Source: Laetmonice hystrix (taxonomy: Eukaryota). From it: a stretch of DNA of 64,000 nucleotides. The position numbers and the translations under genes are program-made. Location: positions 56,978,001 to 57,042,000 of the forward strand of contig OZ249436.1 of NCBI GenBank assembly GCA_965235115.1, written 5' to 3'. Below the pieces are notes generated by a model. The model saw only the letters and a program-made list of their open reading frames with translations. It made no database searches and was not told the origin of the DNA. The first letter of the stretch is position 1. Every line of letters begins with the position of its first letter. Below are positions 15,201-30,200 of the stretch, in pieces.

Positions 15201-18200
15201 GACCAGTTCGGTACCTGAGGGTACCCAGGGGGTACCCAGATGGTACTCAGGGGGTACCCCCAAAATGCTCACCTGGTCCTGTCCGGTACTCTGGTGGTAC
15301 TTCCCTTGTACCCCCCTAGCACCCCAGTTATTACAATAGCGGTTGCGTTCGCCAAAATTCGCAACCGCTATTGTAATAAAACTTTGTTCAAGGGCTACCG
15401 ACCAGACCGGGTACCTAAGGGTAGCCAGGGGGTACCCAGATGGTACTCAGGGGGTACCCCCAAAATGCTCACCTGGTCCTGTCCGGTACTCTGGTGGTAC
15501 TTCCCTGGTACCCCCCTAGCACCCCAGTTATTACAATAGCGGTTGCGTTCGCCAGAATTCGCAACCGCTATTGTAATAAAACTTTGTTCAAGGGCTACCG
15601 ACCAGTTCGGTACCTGAGGGTACCCAGGGGGTACCCAGATGGTACTCAGGGGGTACCCCCAAAATGCTCACCTGGTCCTGTCCGGTACTCTGGTGGTACT
15701 TCCCTGGTACCCCCCTAGCACCCCAGTTATTACAATAGCGGTTGCGTTCGCCAGAATTCGCAACCGCTATTGTAATAAAACTTTGTTCAAGGGCTACCGA
15801 CCAGATCGGTACCTAAGGGTACCCAGGGGGTACCCAGATGGTACTCAGGGGGTACCCCTAAAATGCTCACCTGGTCCTGTCCGGTACTCTGGTGGTACTT
15901 CCCTTGTACCCCCTAGCACCCCAGTTATTACAATAGCGGTTGCGTTCGCCAGAATTCGCAACCGCTATTGTAATAAAACTTTGTTCAAGGGCTACCGACC
16001 AGATCGGTACCTAAGGGTACCCAGGGGGTACCCAGATGGTACTCAGGGGGTACCCCCAAAATGCTCACCTGGTCCTGTCCGGTACTCCAGTAGTATTTCC
16101 CTGGTACCCCCCGGTTGGTACCCTCTGGGTACCCAGGGGGTACCCAGAGGGTACTCAGAGGGTACCCCAAAAATGCTCCCCTGGTCCTGTCCGGTACTCT
16201 AGTGGTACTTCCCTGGTACCCCCCTAGCACCCCAGTTATTACAATAGTGGGCGTTATTACATTAGCGGTTGTAACACGAATTCCATGCTCTTTTCTGTTG
16301 TTTTTTATGACATACATGTACATCATTTATGTTTATTTCTTTAGAAATTACTACACAGATTGATATAAAGTTGATTGATAGCAGATTGATTGATATATTT
16401 ATATATAGTTGATCGATAGCAGTAAGCTCTGTATCCATGTTGCAGGAGGACTTATAATGTTATGTTGTCACTGGACTTGTGTTGTGACGTTGCTTGTTTC
16501 ATCACCGTAGTAATAATAAGTCGCTTAATTGTGTTAGAACGGAAACAGCCGAACCACAGCACGTCTGCACAAATCTCTGCCACGTGTAGGAGCTGCATGA
16601 GGCTTAAATGGATTCCTGGGCCAAGCACTTGTGCGAAGTAAAACAACAGGTCAATAAGGGGCTCAGATGAACTTGGAACGCTACACTGGCGTATCCTCGC
16701 CTGACGAATATGCCTCGTGCGTTTTGTGAAATAAGGTCACATTCTTGAAAGTCGGCTTGTGGTGGCGTGAGCAACCGATTCTTGTGTCTTAGAAATAAAG
16801 CACACATAAAAAGTGCTGATTGTGGATATTTTTAACAGAAGGTTTGGGTATTGCATCATCTAGTTTTGTTGCTATGTTGTCATGTGTCAGCCGCAAGGAA
16901 TGCAACATGTTCCCGCGGCTCATGGAAATCATAGACAGAGGGAAACTAAGACCACATGCGGACAAAGTTTGGTGACATGAGAGCTCAGATAGTTGGGAGT
17001 TTTTGTGGCGAGGATCCTAGCCCTTTACATTAGCGGAGGCTGTTGGCTCGGATGGTACCAGATGGCGCATTGAGTGGCTGTATGTGTGAGATACGGTCCC
17101 AGGAAAAGGTGGCTGGCCAGCGCTAAATGAAGCAACGTCTGGCATCCACATGTTTGAATTATTGGACTAAAGGCGAACTTGTCACCCATGTATAGTTGTG
17201 TTCTCAAGAATCTTTAGGGGAATGTTGAAAAAGGGGCCACCGAGGGTACTTGTCTTCTTGAAAACATATGCCCCAGAAAATATATCGATTGTATAATTTT
17301 GATTACTGTGCATTTTTAAGGATGGTTTCTTAGAAAATTTTATGATACGATAAGTTCATGAATTTATAAGCATGAGCTCGTGACAGGTTTTTCTTTGTGA
17401 AATTCAGCCCGCCCTCATGCATTCAGGTATTTATATATCATGCCATCTAAAAACTGAAATAGTATAGCGTTGTGGTTCAGCTAACCTAAAGGGATCATTG
17501 TGACCTTTGGTGACCTTGCACCTGACATACTTGTTAGTACATGTACATAGTATGGTCAGGTCACTTATACCATTAAAACCACCTTTGTCAGGCTTTGACA
17601 CTGTTGAGCAGTTAACGTGTGGTAATTATACGCAGGTTGTCATTTTGCATATTAAATCGTTGACAGTCACAAAAGGCGTGGGTCATGATGTTCTCCGGAA
17701 GATCGGCTTGAGAGGATGTTGAGAGACTAGAATCTGGTACCACATCGTCTGCAAGAAAAATCTACTGCATAACCTGATCGTGGGTTATATTGAGTGGAGA
17801 GCGACTGACATTTTTTCATTGTTTAAGCAGGTTGCAAATTACAGGTTTCATTCTATTTCAGCTAGCCTTGGGACAAAATAGGTTTCAATATGTCTATGAA
17901 TGAAACTGAAAGCGTTCGGAGAATTGTACGATTGTGCAACTCTTGAAGAAGTAGGCACGCTGAATTTTTGTCAGAACCTCTTGTCCATTATCGAGCACAG
18001 AGATCGGCCTGGTTAGCTGATGCTTCTATCTATCTTCATTATGGACTGAATGCTTTTCAAAGCGCTGATTACCTTGGAATGGACCAGTTGGCGGCCAGCC
18101 ATCGCCTACACTGACATACACTTACACCCAAACTGTTTTCCTCATCGTTGGCCTTTTTTCCGAGCCTGCCGTGGAGGGTACACGGGGGTAGAGAGTCGTA

Positions 18201-21200
18201 ACTGAGGTCTGGTGCACTGAGCGCGACCCCCGACCACGTCCTATCCCTTATCACCAGGTGACAGCTGCTGGGAGTTTAACTATACTCCCGCTCAGCCACC
18301 AGCACCCAGGTTCAGTTTCAACCAATCGTTGCCGAGTTTCCAGGTCTGCCCTCAAATCTGGCTGATGGCAGTGAAGACTCGGTCGGTCTGCCAAAAAGTA
18401 ATGAATCGTTGGGGAGGTCCTGTACATTTTACCTGCCCGTGCCATCTTGGAGGGACCTTCTTGCACTATTTTATCTTTTAAAAAAACTCCGGATGATGTT
18501 ATATTGAGATGGGGCAGCTTACTTCGATTGTTGACTTAAATGGGGTGGGTTATACTCTCAAAGCTAGATCCGAGATAGTGTTTTATATACATAAATCAAA
18601 GAAAGTAAGAAGATTAAATGAAATTCGAGAGAATATGATCAATTTGCAACCTGCTTAAACACTGTCTAACGATACGCTACTATGATGCTTAGAAACAGAG
18701 ATGAAATGATATGATTTTTTGTTATCATTTGAACCACATCGGCCTTCCTACGTCACGTTTTAGTGCCGATGGCTCTCTGGTTACAAGCAATATCCAGTAG
18801 TTTAGTTTAGCAGATCGATGCATTGTACATGTAGGCCTACTGTATTTTGAGAAATTATGTCCAAGAAGAGCATGCAGTCAGAGTCTTTGTTGTCGGGCTT
18901 TGGGTGGTCTGCATAGTTCGGTCGACTACATTTATTCACAGACGAGAAAGTCCGTAAATACTTGTACGTAGGACAGAGTCGAACATATATTTTGGAGTGT
19001 TTCTTCAAAGAACATCTGGCGAACAGAGCTTGTGAAGGAAGTGTCTGTAGTTATGTTTAGACGGGAGAACATTAATAAATCGCCAGCTTCCATCACTGGT
19101 TCGTCAAATGTTTCCCCAACATGTCTGCTGACTAGGACTGAACATGAAAATCAGCAGCACATGTTCTGTGACCCCCATTACTGGCTCTGTATGAGAGATG
19201 GTATGCGTAATGTTTCAGTGCTGACCCTACGAGGGCTCCTCAACGTATCTCACCCCCACCGCCACCACCACAGCCTCCACCGTCTCTCAGTAAAACTTTG
19301 ACCAGTCGAACCAAGCTAGTGGTCAGCTATGCGGGCAATGCTGCCGTGTCAGCACATTGGAGGTGTTTCGTCTTGGGTGTGGCTACTTTCAGCACCAACT
19401 AGCGTGAACATTTGACCGATATGATTTCAGGACCCAAAGGATGCCATGTACCCACTGTCAGCCCGCCCTCCCATCAGGTGGGCTCTGATTCACGACTCGA
19501 ACGGTGTCTTACGGTAGAGCTAACCCCACAGAGTGATGATACAAGAGGAATCACATCCTCATCAGATTCATGATTTTAAAATCATGGTTTTAAAGAAGTG
19601 GAGCATACATAAATTGTGAAAGGCTTCGCAGGTTTAGTCGGTTATAGCTCCTATGACATAGGTCATTGCACCGGTTCGTACTTGTTACAACGGAAGTGAC
19701 CAGTTGATTTACAGTTTTCAAAAAAACCCAGCAACTCTGCCCCAGAGTCACGTACATGTTAGGTTTTATATTGCAAAAGACCGGCGCGTCGCTTAATGGG
19801 AGCAGGCCGTGAGCGGTTGGTTTTATTTTGTCGAGTAAGGCGAACCAGGTGGACGGATACTGAGAGGATGCCTCATTGAACTGGGCATGCAGGGTGGTGG
19901 GTGGTTGTGGCATCATCCTCCGATAGCACAGCGACTCGCTGCCATACGTTTGGTATCATTCGGGACAGGTGTAGTTTATGCACCCGGCAGGCGTCAGGGG
20001 ATCGAGCACGGCACCTACAACATCAGCTAATCAGCCAAGATTAACACCAGCTTGCGGAAATCTACACACTCCTTATCCCAGTGCCACCAGTTGTAATACG
20101 TAGGGGTTTTTGGATCGCTCGTATTGGATCTTGTTCACCCTCAGACCAGCTGTGGATCACTTAAGGAGACCATAATGTCGAAAATAAAACACTAGGAAGG
20201 CCTTGCCAGTAGTTCGAGATAACAGCGCGCCAATGTATCTACGTTAACAATATACTGAGACACGGATGGTATACCCCTTCATTACAGCCAAGTGCAGATA
20301 CAAACTTCCTTCTCGGCAGATAGGCCAGAAGGTTGGCCGGTAAATGAAGCCACTGATGGAGGGGAATGTACTAGTCGCCATCATTGACCGATTTATCTCC
20401 TTGTTCTGGTCGGTGTCGACAGCCAGGAGTGGTGCGATCATCATGCAGGGTTATATCAACTCACAAGGTGTTTACGTCCTTCTCTCCAGCCATTAGGATC
20501 CCGGTCAGCACCTGCAAGGCAGACATTGGATTGTTCGAAATACTACTTGGTCTCAAATGCCTTACGATTTTATATACGAATATATTTTGAGGGTATCGAA
20601 AGGGAAAAAAACCATCAACCTAAGTCGTCCCTTATGATCTTACTGTTTAATTTCAATGTTTCAACAGTGACAATGAAATCGGTTATTTGGAAGGTAATTT
20701 TATTTTTTCATACATCCAGGTGTGAATGTTGCGCTGTGTGGTTTTTAAACTACAGCAGACTGACATTGCCTCCTGTGAAAGAAAAAAGTAGACGAGTATG
20801 GTCGAGCAAGAACTGCACAGCTTATATGTTCTGCAAGGGTCATCTTAAGATCCAGTCGTTTCAACAGTCGAGGAGATTATAAAAGAACATCACACAGAAA
20901 GAAGTCAAGCGTAGGCTGTACACAGACACACGTCTACATGGACATGAGTTCTCAGTCCAGTGTTTTACTAACATTACCAGAGACGTTCAGAGCTGGCAGT
21001 TAGGAAATATTTTATGTTTTCCATTCCTCTCAATCTCTAGATTCGCAGACGTTGCACGGTAGTGATTCTGAGAATACGTTGCCCAGATCTTTTTACTGGG
21101 GCAGGATCCTCCTAGTGGTCATATTTATTTAATTGAAATATGATTTGAGTGGTTAAGCTGGTTAGGCCGTTTTGCATTCGAATCTCCTACACAGCCGGCT

Positions 21201-24200
21201 TTAATGTCAAGACAAATTTAGGTAAAGATTATATTTGACTGTGCCTTCCTGGCAGTCTAGAGTGAGGAACTTTCTATGTTGAGACCGAAGACAACAAATT
21301 GAAGCCGACGCCCTTAGGTAGGAAGTAGTTTGTAGTCAGTCGTCAATAAACCATGTAGCCTGTCGTAACATCAAATAGGATCTCCCGTTGGATTAACTCC
21401 GCGTATTTTTTCCTCAATAGCCTAGCCACACAAAAAGCAATGTGTAGCCCCATTAGGTGCAAAAACGTGCCCGTGACATCCCTATGGTGTGGAGGGAGGT
21501 TTCTTTGTACACCTGCCACAGACCCGCAGTCTTTACAAACATTGACCGAACCGTGCGGAGCTGGGAAAAAGTTCAAACAGACAGCACGGGCCGCGGACTG
21601 CAAACCTTTGTGCTGCTTTACTCCGTATTGAGAATCAAACCCTGCCCAGACTTTATGTGTTTAACTAACGCACATATGGACAAGAACCCGGTGGTTCTAC
21701 CATGTGTGCAGTGGATCACACTTTGTGTCCGTCTGCCCTCAAATTAGGGCATTGGAACAGACTATTGTGGTGGTGAAGGTTATTTGGGGATTCTGACTTT
21801 GCAGGTGTCGTGTTACTAACTGCGTTCAGCTTGTCATTGCGTTTCTTCAGGGCTCGCATTCTGATCACATCGCAGTGGAGGCTCCCACTGTTATGCACTG
21901 GCATTTAGATCTCCGATTGTCGTGGTGCAATACATTGGGGGAGTATTGAAGGGTTCATTTGTCCTTCAGGGTCGGGGCTAGGCAGAGAGAGCGTTGGGGC
22001 TCGTCACACATGGCAAAACCTGACCAGAAGCTGAGTGATTTTGGAGACGTGAATAAATGCACCATGCAGAGTTGAAGAACATTTTCAGAAAAGCGTCCTT
22101 CAAAAAGATTAGAATCAAATTTGTTCTTAAAAAAGTTGCCGTTTTATCTCCCAGCTGTATCAAAGACGTTTGTACGTTTGAGTGATGTTATCAGATATGA
22201 ATAAACCGATTTTATAACGTTTTGTATGAGCCCGGGATTCAGTGCACGGGTTCTGCATGGAACGCTCCTGTCGGTTAAAGCCATTTGTTGATGTATTTAG
22301 TCTTCCAAATCTCCACCAGGTGTCGGTAGAATACGACCACATCATGTGGCTGAGTACTGACTACTTGGGGAAGGGCTCGTGACCTTCTATATGCGACAAT
22401 TTGAAACTTACTGAATGCACTCTCGGATTTCAGTCGGAGCTTCATGAGTTGGATCATTTTAGGTGCATATATTGCTGAATCAAAGGCCCGGGTGTTCACT
22501 GTAGGTGGGCATACCACCCCGAGTGGAGACTGTGTGAGAAGGGCAGATTGACGTAAGCTCCACAATGAGGTCTGCAGCGACAGATGCTAGCCGCAGCCTC
22601 TTGACATGTTAACATAGTAACATAGATCTGGTTATCCCTTCACGCTGAGCTCTGTTGACATAGCAGGATAGATCCGAGCCTCCGTGTGTCATAAGAACAG
22701 ATCAGTTCAACAAGCCGGTCTCACCCCCATCCACCCACACCTTGTGTGCAATGGCGGGAATGAATAATACACGCTGGGTGATCCCAAGCTTTGCCGTCAA
22801 AACTCAGCTTCAGATTCCTGTCAGGTGCACGGGGCATAAGTTTTCCCCTGTGTTAGATGACAAAGTACAAAAACGAAGGACAAGATGACAGTAGGGATAC
22901 ACCGGAATTATTTAGTTTTCAATTTAGTTTCCAAAGTTTTTGTATTTTGATTCATCTTGATAAAGAGTAAAGACCCAATGGAAACTTCGATATACGAAGT
23001 CAAATGTTTTCATCCAACAATAGCCTTTCTTTGGATGCCCCACTTAGGCAAATGTGCTCAGTGTCATTTGTAGCAAGTATTGGACATGCAACCAGAGGTC
23101 TTTCGACAAGTTGGATCTTCCATCTGACGTGCCCCATTCAACAGTGGAAACACGTGGGAAGATGTTAGTCCTCGTCGCCGTCGTTAGTACGCTGTTTCCG
23201 CGGGATCACAGTGACATGAGCACAAGGCTTGACTACAACAAACTGCATGTGGCGCTGGCCAGCGAGTTCTGTTTGACGGCCCCCGTGCCCGCTGTGTTAT
23301 GGTTACACCCTCGTGTAGGCAGCACTTGTCAGCTTGGGCCTTGCAACGCTTCCCCGAACCATTTTTGCAAGCAGCAGCTGCTGCTATTGTTTATGTTTGC
23401 TAAAACATGAAAAAAAAAGAAACACCGCAAACCATTTCTATTGTTGAATTTAGGCGTGAGACCACCTAGGACTGTTACATACTGCTGGAATAGCTGAATG
23501 AAAAATAGATTATTGTTGTTTCCCCAACGTAATCTATGAATTCAGTTTGTGAGGTGATATGTAACCTAATAGTTTTCGACCTACTACGACCTACATTATT
23601 GATAATGATGTTGAAAAAAATGTAGGAGACAAGTCAGTTTTGTAGTTACTAGGGACCTGAAGGTATTGAGGGTGCGAAGAAAGTGTACTTTGGATTGTTG
23701 TATTGTAGCTATATTTTATCATTTGTTTCATTTCACAATTGCCCATGGAGTGATGAAGATTTTGAGACGGGTGAGATTATTGTTAGACCAACATTGATAC
23801 GTGTAACTGTATAACAGTTGTCAGTTGACCTTGAGATTGATAATCCCAGGTGTTGATAGCTAGTACTGAAGTGGTCTGTCTGTCTATCTCCAACAGGTTA
23901 GTCAAGTTCTTGTTGATCATGGAGCCGTAAAAAATGCTCCGATACTTTTAATCCTTGGCAATGAATTTTGATTGCAAAGTTTGCTACTCTACGTCCGCTT
24001 TCAGCTTTGAACCTGATAATGAGAGACAGTGAAGGAGCGAGGTGAATATCAGAAATAAAAGTTTGGGTGTACCGTGATGAATGACCCGGTGGCGTGCCCC
24101 CACACTTCTAATTCTATTTTAGAAGACGAAAATACGATGAGAAAGCCGTTGGCAAAGGAGTATGATCATCATAGGCTTCCGATCAGCCATCAAGCGTTTT

Positions 24201-27200
24201 ATTTCTGGACTTTCCTTAATGAGTCCTTACCATGGATAGTAAAGCACACATACCTGGTGAGGGATATGAGCAGCACCAGCCCAGTCACACAACGTGGGCG
24301 CAGGCTGTGCCCGGAGATTGATACTCACCTTTTGGTTAATCGGATTCAACAGGTACTTGAACGGAAAAACCTTATCCATAGATATTTTACCCCACAATGG
24401 CAGCAGCCATGTATTTTACTGAGCAGTTTTGATAGACATAGCACATGGTTACATTTGACTCAGTTGAAAAAAACGCCAGATACGTTAAGTATATATGGGG
24501 GGAGATTTGTAAGTTGCACGTCATGGTGCATTGTAAGAATTTGACGGAATAATCAAGGAAAGGGTTTTTTCCCTCTTGAAATTTTGATTGAAGTTTTACC
24601 AAAAAAATACGGGACAAATGTGCCGCTAATGTACCGTTGACGGATCGTGCTGTGCTGGGTAAATTCCAGAGAGGGGTGAAAAATAGTACCCTAAGTTGTG
24701 ATGTCATTCAGTGTGAAGTTGGACAAAACGGTCTAGAGCCAAATGAACAGAGCTTCAAAGGATGGGCCATACGTGACAAGGAACGCTTGGAGTTGGTGGC
24801 CAAATCAGTCGTGTTTCTTCTAAACTTAAGGAAGGAAGCTGTCCACAAACTGGTGTGGCCGTTTTGTCGCTGCAGTAAAGAATGATAAGAATGATAAGTA
24901 CTGACGAGTGACACCAAGTTGTCCACGCCTAAGGGTCCCGCCAATGTCTCCCTACTGTCAGCGAAGTTTTTACATCCAAGTCGCAACTTAGATTATATCC
25001 CCTTTAAAATTTAGATGACTCAATATGTTTTTGAGGAGCATTTCCAGATACTGCCTATAGTTTTAGTGCTATAGAGTACATATCGACCTTCGAATCAGAA
25101 CTCTATTGATCTACTGCCAAGAGTATACTATTCACTCCGTGCCTTTAAGAATTCCTTATATCTAAGTACGCATAGAGTAATAAGATGAAAAAAATGGAGT
25201 GCGGTAATGGTTTGGCTATTCCTTTGAACAGAGTATCAGTATCACCTCTGTGTTTCATACATGTTTTAAGGAACATGTGGAAGACTAATAGCTTGAGCAG
25301 AAGCATATACCAGCTGCCTCTGTATCTGTTTAGACCACTGGACGTACTCTGAAAGATACTGTGTAAGGAGAAGATGGATACATGCATTGTTTGTCGCATA
25401 GACCTGCAATGGTTCCTGTATAAGTGCTAGTTTTTGTCTCCAGGTCCTTTCCCTAACCGTCTGTTACTACCTAATTGTTAATCTAATCTAAACATTTACC
25501 GGTAATTCCTAAAAAGTTCTTGAAGAATTAGGGAAAAGTCACCAATATATCGCCAAAGGTAATGGAAAAGCATATCAGGTTAAACTTGATTTGCATGTCA
25601 GTCTGCTTAGAATGTTAAATGAATGAGACCGTGCAGTCCTGGTGATATTCAAGGAAGTATATGGTTACCATGAATATCTATTCTACTATTTAACATTATG
25701 TAAATTCAAAGTGAAATGAATAATTTCAGAATACTGCAAGAGAGGCCTTTTTAAAACTGTACAATAGACTGGTCCTCAAATGAATACGTCAGGCGGTTGT
25801 ATTGTTACAGGAGAAGTTTCCATGCTCTGACGCCGTTGTGGGTTTCCAGTGGAACTAGTTGTAACTTCAGATGTGAACTCCCATTCCTCTCCAGTTTTAA
25901 ATTTCATGATGCCAAGATGTTTGCAAAGGTCTTGCCTTTAGAGGTTAGTTATTACGTGACTCGGTTCGGTAACCATCAAAGGTGGCAGTGTAAACGAAAT
26001 TGGATGCGGTCGAAATTTTAACTCTACTAAAATTACTTTGAGGATTGAGTAAGATTTTTCCCTTTAAAAGTTCTGAACAAATGGACACACCGGGACTACT
26101 TTGTTACTGTATCTTTGTCGGCTATTGAAAATTCACCTTAAAGAAAGAAATGAGTCTCCAGCTAATTCAGTGAATCTTTCCAAAAATAAAAATTTGGGTA
26201 GAAGAGTGTTGCTGTAGTAGCAATGAATTCATGTATCTTGCTGAGGTCTCTTCGGACAGCTTCACTGACAACTACACATAGCAGCATAGAAAGGAACTTT
26301 GTGTTCCTGCAGTTACAGTGTTTCTATTGTCCCACTATAGTTTCACGATGAGATACTCTTACTTACTAAAATGGTGGATTGTGTTGCCCAGCTTTTGTTT
26401 GGGAAGTTGAAGACAGCACAGTCATCGGGGTAAAAGACGTTTTAGGCATATACAAGGTCCGAAGCAACAAGCCTGAAGTTGTCTGTTCTGGAGATCCGTC
26501 TGACGGTCTCCATGCAGACCAAGGCGGGGAGTAAGTAAGGAACATGTGTACATACGGTGTTAGTCATGAAAAAACGCTGCAATAACCAGGAAAGCAGGCG
26601 CTGGGGACCAGAGAAATGCTACGTGGCTGTGATGGCTATGACAGCTGTTTTCTTTTTTTCACCTGGCCCATGTTTTATCTGAATGAACATGACAGTAGAC
26701 GTTGGCCCCCGCACCAAGAAGGTACTGCAGAGGATCTCTGTAATCGACGATAATCCGGCCTCTCCATCGGCTCTAACAACTTATAGCCATGATCCACTAA
26801 CCCCATAGGAGGAGTTGGAAGCGAATCACCGGCATTTTACAAGAACAGTAAAGCATTGTTCATAAGTCTCTTGATTTATAGCCACCTTACGATGAACACT
26901 AGTCAGGAAGTCTGAAGTTTCATGTCACAAAGAAGAATCAAATCGTGTTTCGTGACTTTAATATGCATATTGCGTTGATCAGTCTGGGCCAATGTACACC
27001 ACATGTGAACAGCTCGTGTCTAGAGACTCATTAAAAATCGTGTCAAGAGAGGTGAGGCCATTCAGGGTCAGTGGTCATGGCCTCATCATGCAAGCAGCTT
27101 TTATAGGCAGTTGAACTTATTTTGGATATCAAGGTTTATAAGAATGTGTGACTCTGTCTAAAGAAGAACACCCTTTCAAAGATTAATCTATATATACCGG

Positions 27201-30200
27201 AAGTCACAATCGTAGTTTTTCTGTCTAACTGCTACAGATTGGTGTTTATAAAAAAAACCAGTTGGCACTACCTGTACTTTCCTGGAGGGCCACCAAACTC
27301 CATCGGTCAAACTTACTTTCCATTTCAGTTCGGTAGAGGCCTACTTCAAAGGGGGGGGGGGGGAGGGGGCATCAGGGTGCAGCATCATTGTGCTAGTGCC
27401 TGAGCCCCAAATATATGTAAGACAAAATAAGTGTTAGCAACAGTGTAAGTCACGCTCCTTCACGCTAAAGAGGTCAATTTTTTACTACTAATTGATGGGC
27501 AAAAACACAACAATTTGCTGAGTTTAGCAAAAAGGGAGATTAGTATACGTGTATATCTCAGATATTTAATAAATGATCCCATTAAACTCGCCAATACCTG
27601 AGTTACCGCCGTGACTATCCTACCACGTGACCCATCGTCAATCCTCCCTTAATCAGGTCTTTGATCCTTCCCATACCCACAACATCCAAGGTGGATACCG
27701 AAACATTCCAACAGATCCACAATACTTTGGCAGTAATTTCCATTATTTTTTTAATTGTTTTTTTATGGAGGTGTTGAAATGGTGTGACCTTCTTAATACA
27801 GAGAAACCTGATAACGTAGAACCTGTCGTAGAGAGTGGAGATCAGAGTGAAATATGCGCTGGAGTGTGTGGGCCATCTGTCGTCAGTGGCTGGTGTTAGC
27901 CGACCACAGACAGAATGCTGTCGCCAACACCCGCTCTATGTATGGCAATGACATACGCGTGTTGGCTAAACTCTGTATAGTATTTTGATATTTTTATGCT
28001 TGTCAATGTTTATCAGGGCTCAGGTCTTAACTGCCCTATCATGTCTATAATGGATAGGGAGTTAAAATTCCCATGTAATTCGGGTGGGAAAAGTACTTGA
28101 GTTGTTCTCAGTATTCGTGTGATTGTGGATAAGACCAGCCAGCAGAAGTAACTGGAAATAGATGACAAAATCAGGTCAATAATATTATGTTGTATCGCAT
28201 ATCAATTGGCACTCCTTTCAAAAAGTGCCTTTGATCTTCAAGATCATCTTTGTTTACCTTGAGCAATGTTTACATGCCCCATTCAACATCTTTTTCTTTA
28301 CACTTCAGAACAACAGTAGTAGTGGTGATAAAGGTTTGGTCAGGTGATCAGGTAGATAGGACGGTGACGTCCTGCCCGCTGGCTGAGCAAAGTGAATAAT
28401 CTGATATGGCCTAGGGCACGTCAGTCACACCGCCCCCGTTTTTGTTTGTCTATCCACTTTAAGATGTTGGGGGGGGGGGGCGCATTGTTATGAGACCAGA
28501 TAACATTGCCTACTGACACGGAGTAACACCAGTAACGGTGAAGTTAGTGTTACCTGATAACTCCTCGATACGGTGGTGACGCACGCGCCACTGACAGTGT
28601 CAGCACTATATGTGTGTCCGCATCCACTGAAACGCTCATCTATTAGTAATCGATCACAGCAGCATGAAGACGGAGAGGACGGACTATAATTGTTAGCAAT
28701 TCATACCTTTGTTGTAAAGGATATGTCCTCGGTCAGCAGAATGAAGGGCGGCCAAACGTCAGGTAAGCAGGAACAAATGTGGGGGTAAAGGTTTTAAGAA
28801 TAAAAGGCATGTTGAACGGTGACCTTCTATCAGTTATCTTGGCCTCTCTCTCACGCATATATGACTAAAGAGCTTTAAGACACGACCGTATATGTTGTTA
28901 CCGGTATACCCAAGGGATAGTTCTAGAATTATTGCCATACGTTGGGTAATTTTATTTGTTTTGATTTACGTTTTGCCTCAGGTAGTACATGTATACAAAG
29001 AGATAGTGATGAAAACGATTCGAGGTAACTGAATTGTCAGATACTATATAAGGTAGACTTTACTGTTCAGACCCAATCCACAGCAATCAGCAGGCCTTGA
29101 ACTGATCTGAGTTGCTAGGGTCCTCTATTGAAGACCAGACCTGATACAGTAAGGGTTGAACAGGGACGACAGTTGCATGTAAGGATCGTTTAGTTGGTGC
29201 TGGGATGCCAAACCCGGGTGCATGTGAATGCCAACATGTACCCCGGTAACCCATGGCCTTATGGCTTCCTTTAAGCACTGACCTTACCCAACGTTTAGAA
29301 GATACGGAGACATGGCGAGATGACAACCTTCAAAATATTTAAAGAGGAGAGCTTTGATAATTTACTAACGCAGTGGGGTTTTTCTGGAAGGGTAGAGTAA
29401 ACCCAACGAGAATTCGATGTAAAATTTGTACCTTTCATAAAAGTTTGAGATGTTGTTATCTATGCAAACACCAGCTCATAACATTATGTTGTTGTTCATT
29501 TGAGCTTGGAAAATGAGAAGCGGTAACTTGAGATATTTCATAAGTGAATATTTCAAAACAGATAATGGAGTGGGGAGTGATTGCCTGAAGGTATGGTGTT
29601 ACTTGGGAGATAGGGGCCACGAAGGGAGGGCATGGCTGTCTACTCTAGTTTGTCAAAAAATACATTGGTGATGTATTGACGCGTCTTGAGCTTTCATGTA
29701 TGTAGCCTGTCACCCACTTTTCCATTTTCAGTTTTCATAGTAGATTCCATCATACAGATGTCAGCGAAACATTGGTATCTGATCAACTGCCATTAGTCTA
29801 GATTCTTGATAAGACACTGTTCAGTTATAAACATGAGACGTGCCAAGGCAGATTGTGCTGTCAGACGTCGATAATACCAGCGTTTAGTTCTTAATTCTAC
29901 TCCAAAGACGTTAAAAAAAAGGGGGGGGGGGGGTTGTAAGATAGGTCATGAACTTGGAGGGCTTCCTCCAAAAGGTAGGTAGATAGAGTTGGTAGAGGGG
30001 GTTCGAAGAGGTTATTGGAATGAGGGTATAGGCTTTGCGCCTCCTTTCTTTGTAGAATTTTGTCAGATTAGCCCCTTGGATTTGTAGGAACAAAGGTGTA
30101 GCGCGTGGTTTCCTATGTGTGGCGCAAAGGGGGTTGTCCCGGTATACCTGTAGGTTTTATAACAAGTGGGTGAAAAACCTTCACTGTTAGACTTACCATG

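Larger units (their letters stand above)
13355..16276. mobile_element. Foldback/long-TIR non-autonomous element (TIR ~240 bp) with internal ~199-bp tandem array; left TIR interrupted by a nested insertion
   Basis: The right end 16036-16276 is the reverse complement of 13355-13374 joined to 14874-15093 (TGTTACAACCGCTAATGTAA / TAACGCCCACTATTGTAATAACTGGGG...). No TSD seen. Confidence 0.75.

Noticed and set aside
14900-16363. ORFs of 63-187 aa in the GGTACC-rich region
   Set aside because: Translations of the TIR and 199-bp repeats; no transposase motifs.
24074-24544. 156-aa intronic ORF
   Set aside because: No recognisable motif and ordinary intron composition; compatible with chance.
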